Shown here: positions 1-15,193 of the stretch, piece by piece
Layout of the letters: the number at the start of each line of letters is the position of its first letter
Numbering within the stretch: position 1 is the first letter of the stretch
Source: Eledone cirrhosa
Lineage: Eukaryota
Length of the DNA: 64,000 nucleotides
Reading direction: 5' to 3'
NCBI GenBank assembly: GCA_964016885.1
Contig: OZ024743.1
Location: 317,192,001 to 317,256,000, forward strand
Notes under the pieces: model-generated
The model's input: only the letters and a program-made list of their open reading frames with translations
Database searches by the model: none
What the model was told of the DNA's origin: nothing
Program-made: the position numbers and the translations under genes

Positions 1-289
1 ATATATGTGTGTGTATATATATATGTGTGTGTATATATATATGTGTGTGTGTGTATGTATATATCTGTGTGTATATAACAGATGCCTTCAATTAATTATT
101 TCACTAATTAACAATTATAGAAAACACTTAATCTATAACATTTAACATTGCCTCTACATTTCAATAGATATTAAAATTAAAACCAGTAGTCTGTCTATAA
201 GGCAGTTATGTCTGTGTGGTTAAGGAGATTGTTTTGTAATCTGGTGGTTTGGGGTTTCTGTTACATTTTGTACCACCTTGGATTAATGT

Positions 290-500
290 CTTCTACCATA
301 GCCTCAGGTTGACCAATACCTTGTCAATGAAATTTGGTTATAGTCCCAGGTTGACCAGTGCCTTGTGAATGAAATTTGGTCATAATCTCAGGGTTACCAA
401 TACCTTGTGAGTTAAATTTAGTTGTAATATCTGGCTGGCCAATACCTTGTGAGTGGAATTTAGTTGTAACATCTGGCTGACCAATGACTTATGAATGTAA
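290..500. repeat. ~40-bp tandem expansion inside a SINE in the last CFAP300 intron
   Basis: GGTTGACCAATACCTTGTGA.TGAAATTTGGTT.TA.TC repeated about 5 times. Confidence 0.75.
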
Positions 501-738
501 TTTGGGAGATGTAAACTATGTAAAAGCCATTTGTAAGTGTGTGTGTTTGTCCTTGTATACGTTTTCATATGTCCCATAACCTAGCAGTTTGACAAAAAGA
601 GATTGATAAAACAAGTACCAGATTTGAGAAAATAAGCACTGGGGTTGATATGATCAAGCATGTCCAGCTTTGTTGTTGTTGTTGTTGTTTGTTCCTTTTG
701 TGCTAACTTTCTATTTCTATTTCTTTTCTATGTTACAG

Positions 739-855
739 GCTGAAGACAATAACATGATATATCCATCTGATGCAGCACATATCCAAACATTTGCTTATCT
801 TATTGTGGACCCACTGAAACATTATATCACTGTATTGTATCATAGTTTTTGTTAA
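739..855 (+). CDS. CFAP300: Terminal coding exon of CFAP300 (C11orf70), dynein-arm assembly factor; upstream exons lie outside the window
   Basis: Polypyrimidine tract and acceptor ttcttttctatgttacag|GCT. Translation AEDNNMIYPSDAAHIQTFAYLIVDPLKHYITVLYHSFC* matches the recalled human C-terminus ([28 protein letters not shown]). Confidence 0.85.
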   Translation, partial: AEDNNMIYPSDAAHIQTFAYLIVDPLKHYITVLYHSFC

Positions 856-1089
856 ACTCTTTTCATATCAACCCACATGAATCTGACCCTTATTTTAAAG
901 TGTTTGTATTTGAAGTAAAACCTTCCATCATAATTTATTGTAAGAACTTTTTGTTAAGTCATGTTCCAAACACTAGCTTACTCAAGAGAAATTAGCTATT
1001 TTACAAAATCACTTCATTATTTTCAGTATTTTTACTTCATTATTTTAAAAATTAATTGAAACACAAGCAATGTTTTTGTGTATTTTATT

Positions 1090-1377
1090 GGAATAGGCTA
1101 TGTAACTAGTCCCGATAAAATAGACAAACACTAAAGGGACACAACTCTAGCCGGGGTCCTGGAAACTTATTTCACTGCTAAATAATAGATAGTGTTTTAG
1201 GACTCAAGGAGTGACTATTATCTTCAACCCAGGTCGAGACTTTCTGCTAAAATTCTTAATTTCGAAAATATTTGACAAGTGTCTTAACTCGGGCCGCAAC
1301 TCATTGGTGTCTGACACACTTACCGGCTTAATAGCCTGGGAGTCTCTTTTACCGGGACCAGCTACATAGCCTCTTCC
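1090..1377. mobile_element. MITE, probably Mutator/MULE type
   Basis: ~30-bp imperfect TIRs (GGAATAGGCTATGTAACTAGTCCCGATAAAA / TTTTACCGGGACCAGCTACATAGCCTCTTCC) and a perfect 9-bp TSD TATTTTATT. Confidence 0.8.
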
Positions 1378-2799
1378 TATTTTATTAGAAGTATGGTAAC
1401 AAAAGAGTGAAAATAATTATATTTTTCTTTTTCACTGAACATAAAATTAATTTAAATTAACTCATAGTTTTCATTGTTTTGTTTTCTGTTATTACAAACA
1501 TGATTTAGCTTTACAATATATCTCTTAAGCATTTTCCCTGCTAGAGCAGGAGTTAGCCATACAGGTCCTCATCGGATCCTTTTTGTGGTATTATTTTACA
1601 GCCAGATCCTTTTCTTGGTACCAATTCTTTTAATCACCTATTACAACACACAGGGATATTGAGTGCCAATTCTAAACCAAATACAGATGGTAATTTTTAC
1701 ATAATATTTTTCTGCTGCTTCTTCTTCTTCTCCTCCCCCTCCATATAAAAAGATGCAGGGCACTCAAAGTCAATGGAAACTATTGAAGAGGAAAGCTTGG
1801 GATGAAGTGATAAAAGCTAACCTTGCCCAATTAAACCTCACAAAGGAAATGATACAGGATTGAGATCTCTGGCATTATGCAGTACTGCAGAATACCTGCC
1901 CTCCCATGTGCACAGGATGAAACAAACATGTAGAAGACACTAGTCTGCACCAATCTTCTGTTCTTTATCCCTTCCCAATCTTAATACCTCCCATTCCTCC
2001 CTCACCAGCTAAATAACCCACATGCCTCACTCAAGTAGAACCTGCATACAATCTACACTTTATGAGCAGACGCTGTCAGGAAGTTATTCATATTCTTTTC
2101 TAATATAATATTTACTGTTATAAGTAGATAGAAAAATAAATAGATAGAAGAATAGATAGAAAAAAAATAAATAAATAAATAGATAAATAGATAAATAAAT
2201 GAATAGATGGGTATATCGTGGTATAGATAATTGTTTTAATGAGTTATGAGGGATATTGGTTTTGTATTTAATGTAAGTAAATATTAAGTTAAATTAAATT
2301 AAGTTAACTGAGTTAATAAGAATATTTATATTTATATATTTTAAAATGGGAAGATACGGAAAAAAACTCCAGTTTTGTTTATTTATTCGTTAGTATGAGA
2401 CTATTTGGTCAAAATAAGTATAAATGTTGAAAGATATATTTAGCCAGAATTAGTTAGTGGTTATAAATCTAATAAAAGATATTGAAAAAATATTAAAAAT
2501 TCAGGAAAATTCTTTTTTTAAATAATTTATAAGAGATAAGTAATTTTTAAAAAAATAAGTAATTTTTAAAAATAGATAAAAATTAAAGAAATAAAACATA
2601 AAGAATTAAAAATTAAGATTAAAATTACAATTAAAATTAAAATTAAATTAAAATTAAAATTTAAAAAATTAGAATTATATATGTATATATTTTAAGAAAC
2701 TTTAAGAAGTGAAATTATAGCAAATGTTAGAGATATCAATATATTAAAACCAAGTGGGTAAGATTGTTATGGAAATAAGTAGAAATATTATAAGTGTAA

Positions 2800-4128
2800 T
2801 TATAATTTACATATAGTTCTAAATGTTGAATTCAGGTGATGTCTACAAGAACTAAATAAATTTGTCCTTATATTAATAGAGTTCTTACATTTAAGTATGA
2901 AAAAAATTTCCTCAACACACAATTTGCAAAATCTAGATAAAGCTGTTTCGGTATGCGGGTGCTTTTAAAATTATTTCCCAAGTTAAAGAATAGTCCATAT
3001 TTTTGCATTTTAAGTTCCATATCAGGTTTGAAAGAGAAGTTGAAGATTTTTTAATCAAATCTTTGGAAAGAGCATTTGTGAATATTCCAGTGACTTTTAA
3101 ATTCTGTAGAAGTTTCACCTACATAGTTAAATATATTGTCACTGGTTTTGACTGTACATTTATAGACGACGTTTTTATCTAAACACTTATTTTGTAAAGG
3201 ACAGTTTAATTTAATTCTACAGTTACATTTTGCGGAGTTGTTGTTATTCAGAACGGTATTATTATGTTGGATATTGCTAGAGATATTACTGCTATTTTGG
3301 TTATGGTTTAAATTTCTATTATTGATTCTATTTATATTCTGTGCTATGTTCATAGTAGTAGAGTTTTATAGTATGTCTGTTAAAGATTGAGTGGTATCTA
3401 TGGGTTTTAGGAAAACATTTATCTAGTGCTTTAAAGAATAGCTTTGCTAAAGGTGTTTTAACGCTTAATGAGAATGGGGGTGAGTACCAAATAATATTTC
3501 TAGTTCTATTTCTTCTGTTAGTTTTAGAGTTTATGTTAGATTTGTTATTGTAATTATAATTAATAATAGGGTTATTTGCCTTTCACTGTTGTCGATGTAT
3601 TTAATCTTATTTATATAGCCTGCTCTATTTAAAGCTTCATTATAATATTCTGCCTTATCGTCATAAATGTTTTTATTAGCGGAGATGCGTGAAATACGTT
3701 GTTGGATAGAATTAACAATAGTGTTCTTGATTGATCTAGGATGATTAGAGTTAAAACTTACGTAGTTTAGATTCTCCCGTTATTTGCGCCGAGTCTGATG
3801 ATCCCATGGTGATATCAAAATTATTTTTTCTATCGGCTCTTGTCCAGAGATGATTGTTGAATTCAATTAAAGTTTTCCGTGCGGTTAAAATGATATGCAT
3901 TTCTTCGCTAGATAAATCTGTATGTTTAGATGCATAGATAAGAGCTTTATTAAGTAAATTAGAAGGAGTAATGGGGGAGTAGTAGTTTGCAATATCCAAT
4001 TGAATGAATTTTTTGTTATGTTTAAATATCATTGAATATTTACTCCAGTAACTTGTTGAGTGCTCTAAATCAGTTATAAACATTTATATTTGTCGGACTT
4101 CCAACAAATTAAATACCACTTCTACTTA
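2800..4128 (-). mobile_element. Degenerate Penelope-like element (Poseidon-type RT and GIY-YIG), internally deleted
   Basis: FIQLDIANYY..FDITMGSSDSAQI (RT); SNHP thumb region; CNCRIKLNCPLQNKC..NVVYKC..YVGETSTEFK (GIY-YIG); the DD motif is absent; ends at (TA)n. Confidence 0.85.
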
Positions 4129-4487
4129 TATATATATATATATATCATCATCATCATTTTACGTCCGCTTTTGCCTGCTTGCAAGGGTGGGACAGGAACT
4201 GGTTCTGGCTTGATTTCTACAGCTGGATGCCCTTCCTAACACCAACCTCATTTACAGTGAGTGCTGGGTGCTTTTTTTCCGTGGCACCTCCACGACCACT
4301 TTGCCGTGGAATGATAGGGACCCCAGTCCCTATCATCTCATTTCTACATCTGAGTAAACTAGAGCAATGTGAAATAAAGTGTCTTGCTCAAGGAAACAAC
4401 ACATCACCTGGTCTGAGAATTGAACTCACAACCTTTCGATAGCAAGGCCAATGCTCTAACCACTAAGCCATATGCCTCCATAATGGA

Positions 4488-4772
<285 letters not shown>

Positions 4773-5294
4773 TTTTTTCTCTAGTTAAATTAATTCCTCC
4801 ATAATATCAAGGTGTATGTGAACAAAGAACACCATAGTTTGCAATGTGAGAATTGACCTTTGATATGTTCTGTTAAATTAAATCTAATTTTTAAATGCTT
4901 CTAAAGAAAGAGTAATATTTTCCCTTTGTTTGTATTTTTTTGTTTAATTTTTGCTCATACAAATTACTCGTACATTCTTTCTGTAACTATTTGTATAATG
5001 CATAATCTTATATTACTCTCGAAACATGTGTAAGGCATTAAAATTGTTTTCTCTTTTTGCTTATATATATTTGTGTGTGTGTGTACAAAATCCATGATTA
5101 TTCATGACTGAAGGTTTTTTTTTATATCATCATCACCATCGTTTAAAGTCCATTTTCCAGATAGCATGGGTTAGACAGGTTGTTCTGTTTGAAGTAAGTT
5201 GGGTCAGATGACCATGTCTTGCTTTTACAGAACTGTTTCACACTTGGTTGCTACGTCTGGATGCCCTTCCTAATGCCAACTACATTTACAATGT

Positions 5295-5342
<48 letters not shown>

Positions 5343-6393
5343 TCATCATATATATATGTGTGTGTGTTCACACACATATATATATAGCTAAAGATGACAC
5401 AAAATGACAAGGGAGCAAATAGTTAAAATGTGAGAGTTTATAACTGGGTAAATAAAAGGTTGATAAAAATATGCTCAGAAATATGATGAATGTATGTTGT
5501 ATGAAGAGTGGAAATAGTCATGCTGAATAGAAAAGATCTGATGCTTTGGGTTAAATCCATTATCAAAGTAGAGTCAGAAAATAAAAGAAAAAAAGGAAAA
5601 GTTATTGGAATGATTCCAAGATAGAGAACAGATGTGGTTTAAATGTCTACATATAATTGTTTCTAATTTTAGGCACAAGGCCAATAATTTGTGAAGAGGT
5701 GAAAGTCAATTAAATCCATGCTGGTATTTGACTGGTGTTTTATTTTATTTTATTGACCCCAGAAGGATAAAATGCAAAGTTGGTCTCAGCTAGATTTAAA
5801 CTCATAATGTAGAGAGCCCAGTTCTAGACTTAACATCAGGGACCTAATTTTTCAAAGAATATTTTTATATTCATTAACACTAAATTATAAAAAATTATGT
5901 ATATATATATATATGTATGTATATATATTCAAAAAAAGGAACTTTATAACATGTACAAAAAATTGGAGTTTAGCGAAACTTTACGTTTTCAAATACTCAA
6001 AAAATGTATTTAAAAACGTAAGAGAAAGCAAGCTTCACTAGGCACCAATTTTTTGTACATGTTTTTTATATATATATGTATTGGAAGGCGGGAATGTTCT
6101 GACAAAAGCTGTGGAAGCTACAGAAATATTCCATATATTCTTCCAGAGCAATCTCTATTTAAAAATTTATATTTTACGCTTACTTGTCTGCCATTCAAAA
6201 TGGCCATAAATTCAAATTTTGAAAAGAGAGGAAAAGGGACAAGTGAACTCTGAACTTGTTCATCTCACTGCCCCCCCCCCCCCCCCACAATAACGTCTAC
6301 ACTCGCTCCCCATCACCACCACATAAGTCATTACCGTATCTAAGGTGGCTGACCTGTTGACTGTTGACAAACTGCTAACTCCTTTGATGTATG

Positions 6394-6440
<47 letters not shown>

Positions 6441-6484
6441 ATATATGTATGTATATATATATCTCAGTGGATGCGACCAGATTT

Positions 6485-7405
<921 letters not shown>

Positions 7406-8213
7406 CGATCAGGCCTTAAAAACAACTATAATAATTGTTTCTACTTTTGGCACAAGGCCAGCAATTACCCAGTACATTACTGATACTTAATTTTATCGAC
7501 CCCGTAAGGATGAAAGGCAAAGTTAACCTCGGCGGGATTTGAATTCAGAATGATAAGGGCCGTAACTCTATGCGTCAAAGCATGGCGTCCGACCCTCTAC
7601 CGATACTGCCAATCCACCAAAATAATTGTTTCTACTTTAGGCACAAGGCCAGCAATTACCCAGTGCATTACTGGTACTTTATTTTATCGACCCCGTAAGG
7701 ATGAAAGGCAAAGTCAACCTCGGCGGGATTTGAACTCAGATCGTAAAGGGACGTAACTATGCTAGAAAGCATGGCGTCCAACCCTCCACCGATACTGCCA
7801 ATTCACCGCCCTCCAATCCACCAAAATAATAATAGTTGTTTCTGCTTTTGGCACGGGGCCAGTGGTTGCCCAGTGCATTGCTGGTGCTTTGTTTTATTGG
7901 CCCTGTAAGAACGGAGAGTGGAGAGCCGTTGCTCTTTGCTGTAAATCAAACAATTATTATTATTATTATATAAAAACTGAACTGGACTGGAAAAGTCAAC
8001 AGTTGACATGATTTTGATTTTGTATCAGTACTGACGGTAATATATATATATATATGTATGTTTTGTGTGTGTGAGTGGTGTGTGTGTTTGTATGCATGAG
8101 TGTTGGTGTGTGAGTGGCGTGTGTGTTTGAAGTTTGTATGTTGATTTTGAGAATGTAAGCAAAATACTTGTCTTTCCGCAATCAACACACCTTAAGTGGG
8201 TTGACTGCGGAAA

Positions 8214-11200
8214 TTTGGAAAGTCTAAGCACTCAATGACAATGTCACGAGAATACAAGGACCCCTCTTTATTTCAGACACAGATGACCAACAAAATTCCG
8301 TCTCCCACACCCCTCCCTGCCCCTCCAACCCATCCATCCCACCCTCCCAACTTCAGAGTTGGTACCATGAACGTAGGCACATTGAAAGGTTGCTCAAATG
8401 AGGTTGCAGAGATGCTTGAACGTAAAGAAGTTGATGTTTGTTGTATTCAAGAGACTAGGTGGAGAGGGGGGTCTGCTAGATTCATCGTGGGTAAAAAACG
8501 ATGCTATAAACTTTTCTGGGTGGGAAATGACAGGGTGGTGTAGGAATTATGCTAGCTGAAAAATGGGTAGATAAGGTAATTGACGTAAATAGAGTGAATG
8601 ACAGAATAATTAAATTAAGACTAGTTCTAAATAGAACTACTGTGACAATAATATCCGCTTATGCACCCCAATCTGGTCTACCTGACGTTATAAAGGACAG
8701 GTTCTATGAGATGCTAATGCACACTACCTCCCAAATAACCGACAGCGACTACTTAATTATTGCTGGCGATCTTAAAGGTCACATAGGACAACATAGTGAT
8801 GGCTATGATGGAATCCATGGAGGCTATGGGGTTGGAAATAGAAATGAGGAGGGGGCTTCAGAATCCAGGAATTCTGTGATGCAAATAGCCTAACTATCTG
8901 TAACACAAACTTCAAAAAACATGAAAACCACTTGATCACCTATAGATCAGGGGAACACGCCAGCCAGATAGATTATATCTTTACTAGAAGACAGGACAAA
9001 GTGTCTGTTGTAAACACTAAATCCTTCCCCCATGAAGAATGCACCTCCCAACATAGCCTAGTAGTTAGGGACCTCATAGTCAGAAATAGACGTACTCGAC
9101 AACAGAGGAGGCCTACCTTGAGGAGAAGAATATGGAAGTTGAAGGTCCCCATAGCCAGTGACAAATTTAAAAGCTTATTACTTGATGCCTTTTAACAATA
9201 AGGAAGAGCAATTAAAGACATGCGATATAGAGGAACAGTGGCAATTCTGGAAAGTGAACCTGCTGAAAGCAACGGATGAAATTTGTGGCTGGAGCAGACC
9301 TATTGGCAGGAGGAGAGTAACTTGGTGGTTGTACAGTAAGGTGGAAGAGACAATCAAGGCCAAAAAGCAGGCTTGGAAAGTATGGCAGGATGGGGGAAGT
9401 AGAAGCACTATCAAGTGGCCAGGAGAGAAGCTAGGAGACAAGTGTACCTTGCAAAAATGGAAGCAGAGGATAGAAAGTTCAAGCATGTTTTACAACGTGA
9501 GGACCAAAAACGTGAGGTGTTCAGGATTGCTAGACAATGTGTCAAGGAAAACCGTGATATTGTTGGGAAGAAGTGTGTCCGTAATGATAACGGTGTACTT
9601 GCCCTCACTGATACTGATAAGAAGATAGCCTGGAAGTGTCACTACGAGAGACTATTAAATGAGGGGAATAAATGGGAAATTGATAGTCTGCCCCAAATCG
9701 ATCCAAAAGAAGGACCAGCAGTGCAAGTTAAAGGTACTATAATAAGTAAGGCAATCAAAGATATGAAGACAGGCAAGGCAGCTGGGCCTTCGGAGATAGT
9801 TGCTGAGATGTTGAAGGCATCTGATATGGTGGGACACACCCGTATAGTTAACCAAGTAATACAGAATGGGGTCATACCGAAAGACTGGCATAGCAGCATC
9901 ATCATTAACTGCTACAAGGGTAAAGGGGATGTTCTAGATAGGGGAAACTATAGAGGCATTAAGTTAGTTGACCAGGTCATGAAGGTGACAGAAAGAGTTA
10001 TAACGCAACTAATCAGAGAGCAAATTGATCTAGATGAAATGCAGTTTGGGTTTGTGTCAGGTAAAAGTACCACAGACGCTCTTTTCCTTGTACGACAACT
10101 ACAAGAGAAGTACCTAGCTAAAAGTAAACCCCTCTACTTAGCTTTTGTAGACCCGGAGAAAGCCATTATCTGGTGGGCTCTTAGAAAACTAGGTGTAGAT
10201 GAATGGCTATGTATAATGAAACAGTCATTAACAATGAATATTGTGAAGAATTTAGTGTAAAAGTTGGCGTTCATCAAGGCTCAGACCTTAGCCCCCTCCT
10301 ATTTATTATTGCCCTTCAGGCTATAACAGAGGAGTTTAAGACCAGCTGCCCATGAGAACTCCTATACGCAGATGATCTAATGCTCATAGCTGAATCAATG
10401 GCTGAACAAGAGAAGAAATTCCAAACATGGAAACATGGCCTAGAATCAAAAGGCCTTAAAGTTAACTTGTCTAAGACTAAAGTTCTAGTTTGTAGAAAGG
10501 AAAATAGGGCACAGGTGCCCTCAGGGAAATGGCCATACTCAGTGTGTAGGAAAGGAGTAGGCATAAATTCCATTTTATGTCCCAAATGCAAAGTATGGGT
10601 ACATAAAAGATGTAGTGGGATCACAGGTAAACTATCTAAGAACGTAGACTTTATATGTGGCCAATGCTCAGGTGCAATAAGTAGCAGGTGTCCACAGGAT
10701 ACTAGCTCCTTCTATTGCCCAGATGGTTCTATAGAAATAGTAGACACTTTCCGTTACCTGGGTGACAAAATCAACAGTGGTGGAGGGTGTTCTGAAAGTA
10801 CAGTAGCTAGAGTCAGAACGGGATGGAAAAAGTTCAGAGAGCTTATACCGCTGTTGGCCACAAAAGGTTTCTCTCTAAAAATGAAAGGCAGATTGTATGA
10901 TGCCTGTATACGAACAGCAATGCTACATGGCAATGAGACATGGGCATTGCGTGCAAAGGACCTGCACAGACTGGAAAGGAACGAAGCATGCATGCTCCGT
11001 TGGATGTGTAATAGTAATATACATGAACGGCAAAGCATAAATGAACTAAGTGAGAAATTAGGAATAAGAGGGATCAGATGCTGTTTACTTGAGAGAAGAC
11101 TATGTTGGTATGGTCACGTGATGCGCATGAAAGACGACAGCTGCATAAAAAAGTGCAGGGTGATCAAAATTGATGGTAGTTACGGAGTAGGTAGACCCAG

Positions 11201-11760
11201 AAAAACCTGGGACGATCTGATAAATTCCGACCTTACACACTTGCACTTCTCTAAGACAATGTCACTGGACTGAGATCTTTGGCGCTACGCAGTAATACAG
11301 AAGACCCGCCTTGCCTATGTACAAAGCGAAACCTACAGTCAGTAGGCACCTCCTATCCAAATATACACCCCAATCCACTACCCCTACCCTATCCTCCCAC
11401 TCCCACCAACACCACCCTTTCTCTGTAAAGTTGGTACCACAACATCCAGTCCAAATAAATGAGATAAATGAGATCGAGATCGTGTAAGTGTCACGACAAA
11501 AAAAAAAAAAAAAAAAAAAAAAAAACTACTCACAGTCCACGCTGTAATGTGGCTGTGTAGGTAACACGATAAAAAGTTCCCAGTTCCACACTGTAAATGT
11601 GGTTGGTGTTAGGAAGGGCATCCAGTCGTAGAAAGCCTGCCAGATAGTCTTATACGAGCGAGACACGGTCACCCGACCAACTTTGCCTCATGTGGCACAA
11701 CTCCCGTCTAACCCATGCTAGCGTGGAAGATGGACGTTAAACGATGATGATGATGATGAT
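8214..11760 (+). mobile_element. RTE-clade LINE, degenerate (APE endonuclease, RT, PHD-like insert), (GAT)n tail
   Basis: RVGTMNVGTL..CCIQETRW, ISAYAPQ, SQIDY, NYRGIKL, QFGF, LLYADDL; many stops and frameshifts; ends aaacGATGATGATGATGATGAT. Confidence 0.95.
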
Positions 11761-12086
11761 ACCAGGTGCATTTTTTAATATATTTTTTCTTATATAATGT
11801 GATATGTATAGAACGTTTTCTAACGTACACACTTTTTTCACCATATATATATATTATTCTTTATCATTTACATTCATGTATAATTATTTTAAATGTTCTT
11901 AGAAAGGAGCCTTAAATTTCATATAGCTTAGGGCCTCAGCAAGTGGAAGTCGGGCCCTGGGAGAGCCATAGCAAACAATACAAAGCATTTTATCTGACAC
12001 TCTACCGACTCTGCTTATAAACAGCAACATCACTAAAGTTTTACAGGAAAACAAGGAAACTACTGAATATGGTAACAAAAGGGTTA

Positions 12087-12296
12087 CTGTATATACTCGA
12101 ATATCAACCGAGGAATATGTGACTAAAAATCAATGGAAGAAAGGAGGGGGGAGGCTTATATTTGGGGTCAATATTTTAACGATTTTCACCAACTTCAAAT
12201 TCTATGTAAATAAAGTTTGGATTTTTGCTCATTTCTCAGACATAAAATAGTGGGGTCGGCTTATATTTATATCAGCTTAAATTTGAGCATATACAG
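12087..12296. mobile_element. Tc1/pogo-type MITE
   Basis: TA|CTGTATATACTCGAAT ... ATTTGAGCATATACAG|TA. Confidence 0.7.
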
Positions 12297-12549
12297 TAAT
12301 TCTACTGCCTCATTGTACATATAGTGATCAAGCAGCTGACAACAAAATAGTAAATTTCCAAATCAAAAGTAGCTTTTATTTTAATGTTTACCTCAGAAAA
12401 ATATAGTATATGAAAATATAAAGATAAACCTAGAATGGCTTTATTCTAGATTTATATTTGAATTATTTATGTCTTTAAAGTAATGATATAAGATGACAAG
12501 GTCCTTGTAACCCTTGTAGCTTTTGATCTGGATTACATTGAGGTATGTA

Positions 12550-12751
12550 CAAAGGTCGGCTAAAAATTTCATAGGCTGACTATGAAGGAGTGATGCTAGG
12601 GTTGTGAAATCTTGCATGCATTAACTTCAACTCTTCTTATTAATAACTGCATTGTTTCTTTGCAAGTACTATGTTGAAAAATAAACCTCATTTCATCATT
12701 CCAATGAGAGTATCTTCTTCATCAGCCTATGAACTTTTCAACTGATCCTCG
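12550..12751. mobile_element. Mariner-type MITE (second copy, reversed, at ~49881-50066)
   Basis: TIRs around AAAAGTTCATAGGCTGA / TCAGCCTATGAACTTTT; TA flanks. Confidence 0.75.
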
Positions 12752-13333
12752 TATCTGTGTCTTTTATGTATGTGTCTGTGAAAGCACATGGCTTAGTGGT
12801 TAGGGTATTCAGCTCATGATTGTAAGGTCGTGAGTTTCATTCTCGGCCACACATTGTGTCCTTCAGCAAGACACTTTATTTAAAGTTGCTCCAGTTCACT
12901 CAGCTGGCAAAAATGGGTTGTACCTGTAATGCAAAGAGCCAGCCTTGTTACATTCTATGTCATGCTGAATCTCCCTGATAAAGACGTTACGGGAATGCAT
13001 GTCATTTCATAAGCAGGCTGTTCCATTTTTTGAACAGCTGGAGCACTCATTGTTGAGACTGACAGAGGTCCAAGATACCCATATATGCATGTGTGTATGT
13101 GTATTTGTCTATATGTATATGGCTGTATTTATATATGCAGGTGTCTATGTATATGTGTCTATAGTTGTTTATGTCTATGCATGTATGAGTGTGTTTGTCT
13201 ATTTATATGTATGTATGTGTTTGTCTATGTAAGTGTGTGTATGAGTGTGTCCATGTCTACATAAGTGTCTGTGTGTATGTATATGTAAGTGTGTATCTTT
13301 GTGTCTGTCTATGTATACATGTGTATGTGTGTG

Positions 13334-13460
13334 TTATAGCAAGGTATCAGAAATGACACTACACTGTCTTGTTTTAAGAAGGTATTCCTTTTCAAGAGGA
13401 TCATTGATTGTCCAGACAAATACTCGGATGCCACGCTTCTTCCAAAAATTGTGGAACAAC
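13334..13460 (-). CDS. GDE1: GDE1 exon 6 (last coding exon)
   Basis: tatttcag|G LFHNFWKKRGIRVFVWTINDPLEKEYLLKTRQCSVISDTLL*; W-T-x-N and S/T-D motifs typical of GDPD C-termini. The six exons total 1041 nt in frame. Confidence 0.9.
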
Positions 13461-13499
13461 CTGAAATATATTAAAAACATACATTAACTCTTAATATAC

Positions 13500-13840
13500 T
13501 CAATTGAGAGTGTAGCTTGGAGATCATAGAGTCATTCCAGGTAGAGCCATTACTTCTCTGAATTGAGAGTTCACCGCTCTAATATTACATATATGTGGTT
13601 AGAATGTCGCAAGAAAAAAGTGCTGAACAGATTTAACAGGCAAAGACAACTGGCAGGAGACCAAGGAGTAGACACCATGCAAGATGGTTGGATAACTTCT
13701 ATGAACTCGGCTGGTCTCGCTTGGGCATCCAGCCAGATCAATTGTACACACTTGCTTCTGACAGGAGCTGCTGGAAGGTACGTTTGAGGACTCTGCCCCC
13801 ACAATCCTCCCAGGAATAAATGAACGAAGAACTCTTAACA
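13500..13840 (+). mobile_element. 3' fragment of a second RTE family (also 45550-45910 - and 60470-60700 -)
   Basis: Shared tails such as TTGCTTCTGACAGGA..CTGGAAGG..GTTTGAGGACTCT. Confidence 0.6.
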
Positions 13841-14540
13841 TCCTGCAATGATTTTGTAACTAATGTATAAAAATAGGTTTGTTAATTCAAATGTTTACAG
13901 TATCTTTACTACTGAACAGATAGTGGTGAAAATTTACAGTAAAATAGAGTAAAGGCTTAAATTTTAATATGATGCAATCATAGTAGTTTTTTTGTTTTTT
14001 TTTCTTTTCAGCATGTTGTCAATGTGATTTGTTAATTTAAATGTTTATAGTATTTTTACTAGTGAGCAGATAATTGTAAAAATTTACAGTTAACTAGAGT
14101 AAAAGGTCACTGCGTATATGTGGAATGCTCAGGCACTTACACGCTAATTTTACGACCAGGCTGTTCCGTTAGTCAAACAACTTGAACACTCGACGGAGGT
14201 CCAATAACACTAAAGTTTTATTTAGTAGAGGACTTATAATAATTCAAGAGAGATAACTCCTGGTTTACTATATTTCATAGCAAATATATTTTCAGCTATT
14301 TCCTAAGTTCCCCCTGTTTTTCTTTTCCAAAAGTTCTTGATTCAATTTTATGAAAATTATCAGAATTTATTACACAATTTTGTTTAACAGTTGAAAGAAG
14401 GTTGGCGCTAACAGGGTCATCTAGATGTATAAAACATCTAAAAAATGATCCCATGGTGAATATAATAATGGTTTCTAATTTAGGCACAAGGCCAACAATT
14501 TTAGTGGAGGGAAAAGTCGTTTAAATCGACCCCAGTGTGT

Positions 14541-14815
14541 TCATCATCATCATCACCGTTTTACGTCCGTTCTTCCATGCTAGCATGGGTTAGACGGGTT
14601 GTCCTGTTGTGGACAGTGTCTGGTCGGCTGACCATGCCTTGCTCATACAGGAACTGATTTTGGCTTGATTTTTACAGCAGAATGCCCTTCCTAACACCAA
14701 CCTCATTTACAGTGAGTGCTGGGTGCTTTTTTCCGTGGTGCCTACACGTCCACTTTACAGTGTGGGCTGGGTGTTTTTTGCCGTGGCACCTCCACGACCA
14801 CCTTGCAGTGGGAAG
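14541..14815 (-). mobile_element. Short RTE-tailed element (SINE or truncated LINE 3' end)
   Basis: Shares the RTE 3' end (GGTTGGTGTTAGGAAGGGCAT..AACCCATGCTAGC..(GAT)n). Copies at ~4145-4305, 5126-5295, 24315-24540, 51250-51570 and 52575-52820. Confidence 0.75.
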
Positions 14816-15193
14816 GTGTGGGGGTATATTGTCTATATGCTTCAGCTTGTACCCATGGGAGGTCGAGTATTCTGCATTATTGGTACTTTATGTTATCAAC
14901 GATAAATATAACAATTCAAAGTAAATCAATTAAAAAACAAAAAAAATGATAATGTATCCGGTATATGACTATTAGTTTTTATTGAGCCTTGGTTATTAGT
15001 GACTTAGATGTCCCACCCTTGCAAGCAGGGAAAAGCGGACGTATGATGATGATGATTACTGGAGGTGCATGGCCTAGTGGTAAGGGTGTTGGACTTACAA
15101 TCGTAATGTCACGCGTTCGATTCCTGGAATGGGTTGTGTGTTGTGTTCTTGAACGAAACACTTCATTTGATGTTGCTGAAAATGAATACTAGG

